Source: Planctomycetota bacterium (GTDB taxonomy: Bacteria > Planctomycetota > UBA1135 > UBA2386). Taken from it: a stretch of 64,000 nt of DNA. The position numbers were made by a program, and so were the translations under genes. The stretch is from the NCBI GenBank assembly GCA_965223545.1, contig OZ245006.1, positions 6,208,001 to 6,272,000 of the forward strand, written 5' to 3'. Below, piece by piece: positions 38,383-47,850 of this stretch (positions are counted from its first letter, which is position 1; the number at the start of each line of letters is the position of its first letter). Below the pieces are notes generated by a model that saw only the letters and a program-made list of their open reading frames with translations, ran no database searches and was not told the origin of the DNA.

Positions 38383-39465
38383 TCAGCGTCGCGGCTTCTG
38401 GGGGCGCGGCACCGAGGGGCGGGACGTCGGGGCGGCGTTTGGCGGCTCTTCTCGGTCCGGTTCCGCTTCCCCTCCCTTCGCCGCGGCGCGCGCTCGCTGG
38501 CGCTCGGCCTGCCGCTTTTGGCTCTGCATGTAGCCCTCGGTGCCGAACTGGACGCCGCGGCCGAGTTTGGCGTTGTTGTCGTAGTAGTCGCGGCCGTAGT
38601 CGGCGAATGCCTCGACGTCGAAGCGCTGGAACGGCACGAACGGCCGTTCCGCCAGCCGTTCGTGCACGAGCTGGTTGATCGGCTTGAGGGTATCGCCGGT
38701 CGTGCCCTGCGCGGTGGATAGGAACGTGTCGCGGGGCTCCCGCTCGCGCCGCTCCCGCTCCGCCGCCGCGTCGAACCCCTGCCACGTGCTGCGCGCGAAG
38801 GTGGCGGGTCCGTGCGTGCGCAGGGCGGCCAATTGCAGCCGGGAGTACATCTCCCGCTTGGCGGAGGCGCCGCGCGAGCGATCGCGCCACAACGCGTGCA
38901 ACGTCGTCGCCAGCTCGAGCTCCTGCGCCAAGTCGTCGGGATGCCAGAACCCCGGCAGTGCGTGCAGCACGACGCCCGACGCCGACAAGACGAAGATCTG
39001 CACGTTGCGCGCGCCGGCACCGTTGGTGGTGCCGACCGCGGGCTGGTCACAGGTGTAGCCGTGTGAGCGACCGACGTAGTCCTCGCGGGCGATGTTGTGC
39101 CAGCCGGCGACGAAGTCGCGCGCCAGCAGCGACCGCACGCGTTCGTCGGCGAGGGCGACCGCCCTCAAGCTCTGGCCCGCGCTTCAGAGGAAGCCGTCGA
39201 TGTCGCCGAGCGCCTGGATCCAGAGGACCGGCTTGCCCTGTGCCCGGCCGGCCGACAGCGCCGCGCCCAGCGAGCGGTACCAGCGCACGTCCTCGAGCAG
39301 GCCGTCGACGGCGGCGCGCACCTGCTCGCCGTTCAGCTGGAGCTTGCGGAAGGCTCTTGCCTCACGCGCCGCACGGCGCACCGCAGCCGCGTCCTGCGCA
39401 AAGGCGGTCGTCGGTAGAAGGGGCAGGAGCGCGGCAGCAGCCGCGACGATGCGGGAGGTGGCCAT
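38383..39465 (-). CDS. Exported selenoprotein-N-like thioredoxin-fold protein, putative selenoprotein (in-frame TGA 39184-39186)
   Basis: ORFs 39184-39516 and 38383-39168 are in frame; read-through gives GKPVLWIQALGDIDGFL-U-SAGQSLRAVALADERVRSLLARDFVAGWHN; signal peptide from ATG 39465. Confidence 0.8.
39149..39170 (-). promoter_or_regulatory. Candidate SECIS element
   Basis: GC-TT-GAGGGC-GGTC-GCCCTC-GC on the minus strand; loop begins 23 nt after TGA. Confidence 0.7.
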
Positions 39466-39582
39466 CGGCAAAACGCGCCTTGGCGGCGGATCGGTCCGGG
39501 GCGGAGCCCGGATCATACATCGGCGGTGGAGCCGCCGGCAGTACCGCCGATCATCTTGCCGGCCGTTCGCCGGTTTGCGGCG

Positions 39583-39936
39583 TCACTCCGATCGCAGCAG
39601 AGTGCAGGGCAAGAACTCTTCGAGGAACTGCTGGGTCGGGCCGGTGTTCGGATCGAACTCGACGCCGACGTCCCAGAGGCCGTTGTCGGTCGGCTCGGCG
39701 CGCCGGACCTCGACGCGCATGTTGTGCAGCTGATTGCCGGCGGCCACCCGCAGCACCACGCTCTCGCCGACGAAGAACCGGTTGGGTGTGCGGATGCCGA
39801 GGCCGCGGACCGACACGTTGGACACGATGCCCAGCGCGTGGTCCTCGGAGTCCGGCCGCTCGGCCGAGATCCGGGCAAAGGTCTGCTTCTCGAAGCGCTC
39901 GTCGCGCCGCCGGTCGTCGATGTGCTGAGCGTCCAT
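39583..39936 (-). CDS. Stand-alone PilZ-domain protein
   Basis: RRRDER (RxxxR) and NVSVRG ([DN]xSxxG); C-terminal VGVEF. Confidence 0.88.
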   Translation of the reverse strand: MDAQHIDDRRRDERFEKQTFARISAERPDSEDHALGIVSNVSVRGLGIRTPNRFFVGESVVLRVAAGNQLHNMRVEVRRAEPTDNGLWDVGVEFDPNTGPTQQFLEEFLPCTLLRSE

Positions 39937-40159
39937 GATGTGAACTCTTGTCTTCGCGTTCTGCCGGCGGCATCGGAAGCCGCGCAGCGGAGCTTGAGTG
40001 GGGCCGGAGGGTGAGCGGTCAAGGCGGCGCGGGCACACGGCACCGCGACGATGGGTGGCGATGCGCGAACTCCCGCTGGCGCCGGGCCGGTGCGCCACGA
40101 GCGGATGGCCACTGCCCTAAGACGCGCGCCTGCGCGGGACTGTCTCGCTTCGAGAAAGC

Positions 40160-40191
40160 CGAAGCTCGACGATTCGTGGCGCCGGACGCTC
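40160..40191 (-). repeat. Partial copy of the ~90-bp repeat, subtype A
   Basis: Reverse complement GAGCGTCCGGCGCCACGAATCGTCGAGCTTCG matches 47851-47882 at 30 of 32 positions. Confidence 0.75.
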
Positions 40192-40984
40192 AGCCCAGCT
40201 GCGCCTTGGCCTGCGCGACGCTCTGCTTGAGCGCTTCCATCAGGTTGAGGATCTTGGGCTCCTCGGGGTCGGCGACTTCGATCACCTCTTGGCCATCGAC
40301 CTTGGCCTGGATCAGCTCGGTGAGCCGCTCGACGTAGGTGTCCTCGTAGCGGCCGATGTCGAAGTCCTCGATCCGGGTTGCTTCGATCAGCGTCTTGGTC
40401 AGCTGCAGCTCGTGGTCGGGTAGCTCTTGTTCGGCGAGCTCCTCGACGAACGTCTGCGGCTGCTTGACCTTGGCCTTGTGCACCAGCACGACCATGGTCA
40501 GCAGCTTGCCGGCGGGCCGGATGGCGACCAGTTGCTCGCGTCCCGAGATCACGACTTGCGCGATGGCCTCGACGCCGGCATCGACCATCGCTTGCAGGAG
40601 CAGCGCGTAGGGCTTCTGTCCGACCGCACCGTCGGGCAGAAGATAGTAGAAGCGGCCGGAGCGGTAGATCTCGTCGATCCCACCGCGGTCGACGAAGCCG
40701 TCGATGCGGACCGAGTTGTCGCGTTCGGGCCGGAGCTTCTGCAACTCGTCGAGGTCGACGCGCACGTACTGGCCCTTGGCGTACTCGTAGCCACTGACGA
40801 TCTGGTCGCTCTCGAGCGCGCCGTGCTCCGGGCACGACTTCTGGTACTTGACCCGCTGGTTGCAGTCGGCGTGCAGCTGGTTGAGTCGGATGTCACTGCC
40901 CGACGTGGTCGCCGTGTAGCCGCGCACGGGCACGGTGACCAAGCTCAGGCGCAAGAATCCCTTCCACGTCGGTCGCGGTGCCAT
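40190..40984 (-). CDS. ku: Ku protein (non-homologous end joining)
   Basis: RPTWKGFLRLSLVTVPV, LNQLH, IVSGYEYAKGQYV, YYLLPD, NLMEALKQSV. Confidence 0.95.
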   Translation of the reverse strand: MAPRPTWKGFLRLSLVTVPVRGYTATTSGSDIRLNQLHADCNQRVKYQKSCPEHGALESDQIVSGYEYAKGQYVRVDLDELQKLRPERDNSVRIDGFVDRGGIDEIYRSGRFYYLLPDGAVGQKPYALLLQAMVDAGVEAIAQVVISGREQLVAIRPAGKLLTMVVLVHKAKVKQPQTFVEELAEQELPDHELQLTKTLIEATRIEDFDIGRYEDTYVERLTELIQAKVDGQEVIEVADPEEPKILNLMEALKQSVAQAKAQLG

Positions 40985-40987
40985 CGG

Positions 40988-41395
40988 TCAACCGCGAACG
41001 GAGTCGACGTCCATGACGTACAGCGCGACGACCACGTCGTCCTCGCGCTCTTCGCCGATGTAGAGCTTGCCGGAGATCTCGACCGTGCCGGCAAACACCT
41101 CGGTGGTGACCCCCTCGGGCATCGCGCAGAACACGACTTCGTTGAGCTTGGGCATGCCCTCGCAGCCGCAGGCGTCGTCGATGAGCATGAAGAACTCGAC
41201 CGGGCCGATGCCGTCGTCCTCGCGCTGCATGAAGCCGGACAGCGTGATCTCACGCTCGTCGTACTGGGTGACCTCGGCCGGCAGGGTCATGCCTTCCTGG
41301 TACTCGAACCCGGACAGCACGGCGAAGTCGACCTTCTCCGGTTCTAAAGGACCGGCCAGGACGGCGGCCAGCCCGATGGTCCACGCGAGCTTCAT
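40988..41395 (-). CDS. DUF3299-like protein
   Basis: Signal peptide; YDEREITLSGFM, EFFML...ACGCEGMPKLNEVV, VEISGKL. Confidence 0.7.
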   Translation of the reverse strand: MKLAWTIGLAAVLAGPLEPEKVDFAVLSGFEYQEGMTLPAEVTQYDEREITLSGFMQREDDGIGPVEFFMLIDDACGCEGMPKLNEVVFCAMPEGVTTEVFAGTVEISGKLYIGEEREDDVVVALYVMDVDSVRG

Positions 41396-41529
41396 GACGG
41401 CATCTTAGCAATCGGGCAGACCGCGACGCGAGGCTGAGGGATAAAGGTGGCGGCTGCCGGGTAGCCGCCGCGGTTGGGGAGAATCGCACCGGTGGCGCCG
41501 CTATCCTCGCCGGGCCCGAAACAGCCGCC

Positions 41530-42342
41530 ATGACACCGAACCCCACCTCAGGCGAGCCGCTCGTCGGCTACAGCGTCACCGACCACGTCGCGGTGCTGAC
41601 CTTGCAGCACCCGCCGGCCAACACCTACAGCCACGAAATGATGCTCGAGCTCGACCGGTGCATCCTGCGGGCGCGGTTCGATGCGGCGGTGCAGGTGATC
41701 GTGCTCACCGGCGCGGGCGATCGGTTCTTCTGCGCCGGCGCCGACATCGCGATGCTCGAGCGCGCTGATCCGGGCTTCAAGTACTACTTCTGTCTGCACG
41801 CCAACGAGACCCTGTCGCGGCTCGAGCAGACCCCGAAGCTGGTCATCGCCGCGCTCAACGGCCACGCCGTCGGCGGCGGACTCGAGGTCGCGCTGGCCGC
41901 CGATCTGCGCGTCGGTCGCGCCGGCGCCGGCAAGATCGGGCTGCCCGAGGTCGCGCTCGGTGTGCTGCCCGGCACCGGGGGCACCCAGCGGCTGGCGCGG
42001 CTGATCGGCAAGGCGGCGGCGATCGAGCTGATGTGCAGCGGCGCCAACACGGACTTCGCCCGAGCGCACGAGCTGGGGCTGCTCAACCAATTGTGGGACG
42101 TCGACGCCGCCGACTTCGGTGCGCGCGTTCTCGAGTACGCGCGCGGTTTCTGCACACCGGAGAAGGCGGCGATGGCGGTCGGCCACATCAAGCGCGCGGT
42201 GCAGACCGGCGCGGAGCTTTCGCTCGAAGCGGGCCTCGCGCTCGAGCGCGAGCTGCAGGCCAAGCTGTTTGCCAGCCAGGACGCCAAGGAAGGGCTGGCG
42301 GCGTTTGCGAACAAGCGCGCCGCGGCCTTCGAGGGCTGCTGA
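41530..42342 (+). CDS. Enoyl-CoA hydratase/isomerase
   Basis: FFCAGADI, ALNGHAVGGGLEVALAAD, LPEVALGVLPGTGGTQRL. Confidence 0.95.
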   Translation: MTPNPTSGEPLVGYSVTDHVAVLTLQHPPANTYSHEMMLELDRCILRARFDAAVQVIVLTGAGDRFFCAGADIAMLERADPGFKYYFCLHANETLSRLEQTPKLVIAALNGHAVGGGLEVALAADLRVGRAGAGKIGLPEVALGVLPGTGGTQRLARLIGKAAAIELMCSGANTDFARAHELGLLNQLWDVDAADFGARVLEYARGFCTPEKAAMAVGHIKRAVQTGAELSLEAGLALERELQAKLFASQDAKEGLAAFANKRAAAFEGC

Positions 42343-42344
42343 TC

Positions 42345-43121
42345 ATGACCGATGCAGTGCTGACCGAGCGGCGCGACGATATCGCGATCTTGACCCTCAA
42401 CGCCCCGGAGAAGCGCAATGCGATCGATCTGGAGATGGTGCGCGGGCTGCACCGGGCGTTGGACGACTTGACCGGCGACGACGCCCTTGCCGCCGTCGTG
42501 CTGACGGGCGCCGGCGACCGCGCCTTCGCGGCCGGCGCCGACATCGGTGATTTGCTGGAGCGCAAGGCCGCGCAGGCGTTGGCGGCGATCAACTCGGGCA
42601 TCTTCCAGCGGATCGAGGAGTTTCCGGTGCCGACGATTGCCGCGATCCGCGGCTGGTGTCTCGGCGGTGGCTGCGAGCTGGCGATCGCCTGTGATCTGCG
42701 GGTCGCGGGACGGTCGGCCAAGATGGGGCAGCCCGAGGTCAAGCTCGGCATCATCCCCGCTGCCGGCGGCACCTATCGGCTGCCCCGCTTGGTCGGCCTC
42801 GGGCGCGCGCGCGAGCTGGTCTACACCGGGCGCATCCTCGACGCCGAGGCGTGCGCCGCGATCGGGCTGGTCAACGACGTCGTCGACGACGAGCAGGTGC
42901 TCGAGCGGGCGCTCGAGCTGGCGGCAGAGATCGCGCAAAACGGCCGCCTGGCGGTGCGCATGGCAAAGGCGGCGATGAACGGGCTCGCCCGGGACAACGC
43001 GCACCTCGCCGGCCCGTTCGAGAGCATTGCCCAGGCCGTCTTGTTCGACAGTGACGACAAGCACGCGCGGATGCGCGCATTTCTCGACAAGGGCGCCAAG
43101 CGGCGTGGGAGTGGCTCATGA
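42345..43121 (+). CDS. Enoyl-CoA hydratase/isomerase
   Basis: AFAAGADI, GGGCELAIACD, QPEVKLGIIPAAGGTYRLPRLVG. Confidence 0.95.
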   Translation: MTDAVLTERRDDIAILTLNAPEKRNAIDLEMVRGLHRALDDLTGDDALAAVVLTGAGDRAFAAGADIGDLLERKAAQALAAINSGIFQRIEEFPVPTIAAIRGWCLGGGCELAIACDLRVAGRSAKMGQPEVKLGIIPAAGGTYRLPRLVGLGRARELVYTGRILDAEACAAIGLVNDVVDDEQVLERALELAAEIAQNGRLAVRMAKAAMNGLARDNAHLAGPFESIAQAVLFDSDDKHARMRAFLDKGAKRRGSGS

Positions 43122-43978
43122 CTCGGCCTCGATTCGTTTCCGTCGCCGTTCTCGGCTCGGGCACCATGGGGGCGGGCATCGCGCAGGTGTGTGCCGGCGC
43201 GGGCTCGCGCGTGGTGCTGACCGACGTCGCCGAAGACCGGCTCGAGCAGGCGATGGCCGGAATCGCCGCGTTCTTGGACAAGGGCATCGCCAAGGGCAAG
43301 ACGACGGCGGCGGACAAGCAGCGGGTCTTGGATGCGATCGAGCCGTCGACGTCGCTCGAGCAGGCGGTTGCCGGGGCGGACCTGGTGATCGAGGCCGTGC
43401 CCGAGGACGTCGCGCTCAAGCGCGACCTGTTCGCGCGCGTGGCGGGCGCTGGCCGGGCGGACGCGATCCTCGCGACCAATACGTCGTCGCTGTCGTTGGC
43501 GCAGATCTTCGCGCAGGCGGGCGATGCGGGCCGCTGCCTGGGGATGCACTTCTTCAACCCGCCACCGCTCATGCCGCTGCTCGAGGTGGTGCGCACGACG
43601 GCGACGATGGCGGCGTCCGTCGACGCGGTCCTCGAGTACGCCGCGCAGCTCGGCAAGGAGCCGATCGTCGTGCGGGACAGTCCGGGGTTCGCCACGAGTC
43701 GGCTGGGCGTGGTGCTCGGCTTGGAGGCGATCCGGATGGTCGAAGAGGAGGTCGCTTCGGCCGAGGACATCGACAAGGCGATGACTCTCGGTTACCGCCA
43801 TCCGATGGGGCCGTTGCGGCTCACCGATCTGGTCGGACTCGACGTCCGGATGGCGATCGCGGACTACCTGCGCGGCGAGCTGCGCAGCCCCGCGTTCGAG
43901 GTGCCGCAGCTGATGCGCGACATGGTGGCCCGCGGCCAGCTTGGCAAGAAGAGCGGCAACGGCTTCTATCGCTGGTAG
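43118..43978 (+). CDS. 3-hydroxyacyl-CoA (3-hydroxybutyryl-CoA-like) dehydrogenase
   Basis: GSGTMGAGIA Rossmann motif; EAVPE, TNTSSL, GMHFFNP, HPMGP. Confidence 0.95.
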   Translation: MTRPRFVSVAVLGSGTMGAGIAQVCAGAGSRVVLTDVAEDRLEQAMAGIAAFLDKGIAKGKTTAADKQRVLDAIEPSTSLEQAVAGADLVIEAVPEDVALKRDLFARVAGAGRADAILATNTSSLSLAQIFAQAGDAGRCLGMHFFNPPPLMPLLEVVRTTATMAASVDAVLEYAAQLGKEPIVVRDSPGFATSRLGVVLGLEAIRMVEEEVASAEDIDKAMTLGYRHPMGPLRLTDLVGLDVRMAIADYLRGELRSPAFEVPQLMRDMVARGQLGKKSGNGFYRW

Positions 43979-44033
43979 CATCACCCCGCTCCCGCCGCGG
44001 GCGCCCGCGCGCCCGTCCAACCGGAGGAATCGA

Positions 44034-44885
44034 ATGCGCTGGAAAGGTCGTAGAAAGAGCGAGAACGTCGAGGATCACCGCGGCATGAGTCGCGGCAAGG
44101 TCGCCGCGGGCGGTGGCATCGGTGTGCTGCTGATTGCCGTCATCGCCATGCTGTTCGGCGCCGATCCGTCGGCGTTGATCCGCCAGCTCGGCGCCGGTGG
44201 TGGCGGTGGGGCCGTCGTGCAGGGCGGGGAGCAGTCCGGGCCGCGGCCCGACGATCCACTGGCCGAGTTCGTCAAGGTCGTGCTCGCCGACACCGAAGAC
44301 GTCTGGAGCCGACTCCTGCCCGGGACCTACCGGGAGCCGAAGCTGCGCCTGTTCGAAGGGTCGGTGCAGTCGGCCTGTGGACAAGCCACGGCGCAGGTCG
44401 GTCCGTTCTACTGCTCTGCCGACGAACGGGTCTACATCGACCTGTCGTTCTACCGGGACCTCAAGGAGCGCTTCGATGCGCCCGGCGACTTCGCCCAGGC
44501 CTATGTCATCGCCCACGAGGTCGGCCACCACATCCAGCACCTGCTCGGCAAGTCGGGCGAGGTCCACCGGATGCGCGGTCGAATCTCACAGGAGCAGTAC
44601 AACGAGCTGTCGGTGCGGCTCGAGCTGCAGGCGGACTTCTATGCGGGCGTTTGGGCGCACCACGCGCAGCGGATGAAGAACATCCTGGAGCGTGGCGATC
44701 TCGAGGAAGCGATGCGCTGTGCGGCGGCGATCGGGGACGATCGGCTGCAGAAGCAGGCGCAGGGCTACGTCCAGCCGGATACCTTCACGCACGGCACCTC
44801 GGAGCAGCGCGTGCGCTGGTTCCGCAAGGGGTTCGAGACCGGGGATTTGCGGCAGGGCGACACCTTCGCCGTGCGCAACCCCTGA
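44034..44885 (+). CDS. ypfJ: Neutral zinc metallopeptidase (YpfJ family)
   Basis: MRWKGRRKSENVED; GPFYC; AHEVGHH; ELQAD; FTHGTSEQR. Confidence 0.93.
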   Translation: MRWKGRRKSENVEDHRGMSRGKVAAGGGIGVLLIAVIAMLFGADPSALIRQLGAGGGGGAVVQGGEQSGPRPDDPLAEFVKVVLADTEDVWSRLLPGTYREPKLRLFEGSVQSACGQATAQVGPFYCSADERVYIDLSFYRDLKERFDAPGDFAQAYVIAHEVGHHIQHLLGKSGEVHRMRGRISQEQYNELSVRLELQADFYAGVWAHHAQRMKNILERGDLEEAMRCAAAIGDDRLQKQAQGYVQPDTFTHGTSEQRVRWFRKGFETGDLRQGDTFAVRNP

Positions 44886-44950
44886 CGCCCCGCAGGCTCT
44901 CGCGTCGGTCCCTATACTGCGGGGCCCACCGACTCCGACCTCCCCGACCC

Positions 44951-46393
44951 ATGAAGCAGTACTACTCCCTCGGCCTGGCGCTCGCCCTGTTTGTCGGCGG
45001 GCTGGCCAGTGTCGCCCCGGCGCAGTCCCATTCCGTCATCGTTTCGCCGGACTTGCTGTTCCAGTTGCGGGACGCGCGCAGCGGGCCGCTGTCGCTGGTC
45101 GATGACCAAGAGACCCTGATCGTCACGCCGTCGACGGCCGGTGGCTACGCGGCGCGGCCCTTCCGCACGGTGCCGACGATCAACGTCATGCACGGTGATC
45201 GGAACAACGACGGTGACCTCGACCACATCACGCCCTACGTCGACCTCAATTGCCTGATGCGGCGCACCCGGCCGCCGCACGTCGAGAACGGGCCGTTCGA
45301 GCCCGGCTCGATCTGGATGTCGGCGGTCTCGTCGGCGCGGTTCGCGTCGTCGACCGCGGCATCCTCGACGCGCGCCTCGGCCACCGACGGCGACGTCTGG
45401 CGCGCGCGCAACGGCGTCGTCGAGTACTTCGTCCGCGGTCCGGTGCTGGCGGCGTCCTACGCGAGCGCGACGTCGTCGGTGCCGAGCGTCGACGTCGACG
45501 GTCTGGTGCAGACGCCGTCGGGCGATCTCTTGGTCAGCTTCTACGATGACGAGACGATCGCCCGCAACGCGATCGCCGATGGCGATCTCTACCTGGTGCC
45601 CGCTGCGGCGATCACCTACGACGGCAACGGGCTGGTCTCTTCGATCGCGCGGGCGTCGGCCCGGCTGTTCGCCAGCGAGGCGGACTTCGACGCCATGGTG
45701 GCCAACTCCGGCGCCGTCGACATCAACGGAACACCGATCACCGCGATCGTCGACCTCACCGCACTGGCGATCGATCCGTCGGGCGGTACCTGGATCAGCC
45801 CGCGGGATCCGACCTTGAGCGCCCCCAACCTCGTCTTCGGCATTCCCGGCTCGGACGGGTTCGACAACTTGTGGAGCACAGCGGCCGGCGGTCGGCTCGC
45901 GGTCATCAACGGCGTCACCATGGGGCACCGCACCGGTCAGGCCAACGGCGACCGCTTTGGTATCTGGCCGATGCCCGGCACCACCGGCGTCAGCGCGCTG
46001 CTGATCGTGCCGGCACAGAGTCACTGGATCACGATGGACGCGCCGCTGTCGGGCAAGCAGAGCGGCGGTCTGTTCCAGCTCGAGATCGGCCGCATGCAGC
46101 CGTCGACTCCGTTCGTGCCGTTCGTCTCGCTCTGGGCGACGCAGATCGGGTTCGGCTACGTGCCGGCGCTGCCGGCGCCGGGGGGGCTCGGTGGCAACCG
46201 CTGGCTCGAGCTCGACCTCGCGACGTTGGTGGCGTTGCCGCCGTTGCTGGCCGATGCCGATGGCATCGCGCGGCTCACGTTGAGGGCGCCGCCGGGGATC
46301 CCGAGTGGCGTGGACTTCCTCGTGCAGGGCGCGGGTTTGCCCGTGGGGGGGGCGCAGCTGGTGCTGTCCGCGACGTGCAACATGACGTTCTGA
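44951..46393 (+). CDS. Secreted hypothetical protein with shared C-terminal domain
   Basis: Signal peptide ending APA-Q; C-terminal ADADGIARLTL...GVDFLVQG. Confidence 0.8.
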   Translation: MKQYYSLGLALALFVGGLASVAPAQSHSVIVSPDLLFQLRDARSGPLSLVDDQETLIVTPSTAGGYAARPFRTVPTINVMHGDRNNDGDLDHITPYVDLNCLMRRTRPPHVENGPFEPGSIWMSAVSSARFASSTAASSTRASATDGDVWRARNGVVEYFVRGPVLAASYASATSSVPSVDVDGLVQTPSGDLLVSFYDDETIARNAIADGDLYLVPAAAITYDGNGLVSSIARASARLFASEADFDAMVANSGAVDINGTPITAIVDLTALAIDPSGGTWISPRDPTLSAPNLVFGIPGSDGFDNLWSTAAGGRLAVINGVTMGHRTGQANGDRFGIWPMPGTTGVSALLIVPAQSHWITMDAPLSGKQSGGLFQLEIGRMQPSTPFVPFVSLWATQIGFGYVPALPAPGGLGGNRWLELDLATLVALPPLLADADGIARLTLRAPPGIPSGVDFLVQGAGLPVGGAQLVLSATCNMTF

Positions 46394-47340
46394 TGCGCGG
46401 GGGTGGGGGGCTGACCGGCGCGTTGGGGTGCGTCGGAGTCGCGCTGCTGGCCGCCGCAAACCGTGCGGTCGGTCAGCAAGTGACCTTCACGTGCTCGAGT
46501 CAGGAGCGCGTGCAGCAGTACGAGCCTTTGGATCTGGTTTGGACGGCTGTCGTCACGGGACCCCAAGAGGTCAGTGCGGACTTCGAGAAGAATGTCTTCG
46601 AGTTCGAGCGGTGGGACGAGGCCGAACGAGCCTGGCAGCCGATCGACTATGCGTTCGTCCGCTCCAGCACGTGGCCGGTGGATTGGCAGCCGGGACTGTA
46701 CTCTCACGGGGTCCGAATCCTCTCGCCCGCGATCATTGCCGTGCCGGGGAAATACAGGTTCAAGAAGGACGTGGCGTTTCTGGAGCTCACCGAGGTTGAC
46801 CAGAACTGGACCCACGTGGAGGTCGTCGCGCACGCGTCGAATGCCACTGCGTTTGGTCGCGAGGGGCCTCTGCGGGATGCCTACGGCTGGCTGAAGTTCG
46901 TCCTGCTCCAGGTGCACAACCTGGCTAACGTGCATGCTCTCGTACCCAATTCTAAGCCGCGCCACGTGGCGCACGCGGCCAGAAGAGCCGAGAGGGCTGC
47001 AGACTGCTTGCTCACCGAGTCACTGTCGGAGCGGGTTCTCGACATGGCCAGGCTGGCCAAGAGTTGGGCGCTGGTGGTGAGCGCGATGAACACGCGCGAT
47101 CCCGTCGATCCGGAGATGATCGGCGAGGCCCGGACTCACCTGCAGGCGGTGGACCCGACCCGCTACCCAGGTCCGTTCGGCAACGTGGGCGCAGACGCGT
47201 TGGGCCTCCTCGTCTTGTGCGACGCGTTGCTGGGCGACCGAGCTGGCGCCGAGCGGACTGCCGCGCGGCTGCGCAAGAGGTTTCCCCGAGCACCGGCCAC
47301 GAAGACGATCGAGAAGCACCTCGAGTATGCTCCACGCTGA
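46393..47340 (+). CDS. Secreted hypothetical protein (beta N-terminus, helical C-terminus)
   Basis: TGATG overlap with upstream stop; signal-like N-terminus; ends LRKRFPRAPA. Confidence 0.6.
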   Translation: MRGGGGLTGALGCVGVALLAAANRAVGQQVTFTCSSQERVQQYEPLDLVWTAVVTGPQEVSADFEKNVFEFERWDEAERAWQPIDYAFVRSSTWPVDWQPGLYSHGVRILSPAIIAVPGKYRFKKDVAFLELTEVDQNWTHVEVVAHASNATAFGREGPLRDAYGWLKFVLLQVHNLANVHALVPNSKPRHVAHAARRAERAADCLLTESLSERVLDMARLAKSWALVVSAMNTRDPVDPEMIGEARTHLQAVDPTRYPGPFGNVGADALGLLVLCDALLGDRAGAERTAARLRKRFPRAPATKTIEKHLEYAPR

Positions 47341-47379
47341 CCGACAGCGCCGTCCAACCCCAGCGCGCGGGCGGAGCCG

Positions 47380-47811
47380 GTGCCGAGAGACATGCGGGAG
47401 TTCGTGACATCGCCGGTGCTTCGTGCACTCCACGAGGCCGGGCTGCTCTGTTCTCGGAGCTCCTCCTGCAAGGAGATATCCGAGGACCACCTCGCCCTTG
47501 CCCTACTCAACCAGTGCGCGCAAGCCATCGACCAGGCCGGGGGCGACACGGTGTCGGCAAGGGCGGGTCTGCGCGCACGCATGGCGCCGGAGACCGGAGA
47601 AGCCGGCGGCGGACGACCGTTCTCGGCTGCGGCGCGGGCGGCCATCGAGCGGGCGCTCGGGTCCGCGATGGGGGAGTCGGGCTCGCCGACAACACGCAAG
47701 GCTGGAATCGGGGACATGCTCGGCGCGCTGATCGAAGGCGGGTCACCCGCCGCGCGCGTCCTCAGCGATGCCGGCATCACGCAGGAGATGCTGGCGGCGA
47801 TCCGCGACTAG
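47380..47811 (+). CDS. Stand-alone Clp N-terminal domain-like protein
   Basis: EISEDHLALALL, PFSAAARAAIERA, SPAARVLSDAGIT match the double Clp-N repeat pattern; start may be ATG 47392. Confidence 0.7.
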   Translation: MPRDMREFVTSPVLRALHEAGLLCSRSSSCKEISEDHLALALLNQCAQAIDQAGGDTVSARAGLRARMAPETGEAGGGRPFSAAARAAIERALGSAMGESGSPTTRKAGIGDMLGALIEGGSPAARVLSDAGITQEMLAAIRD

Positions 47812-47850
47812 ACGCCTGCTAGGGGGTCGGCGACGTGTCCGGCACGCTTT

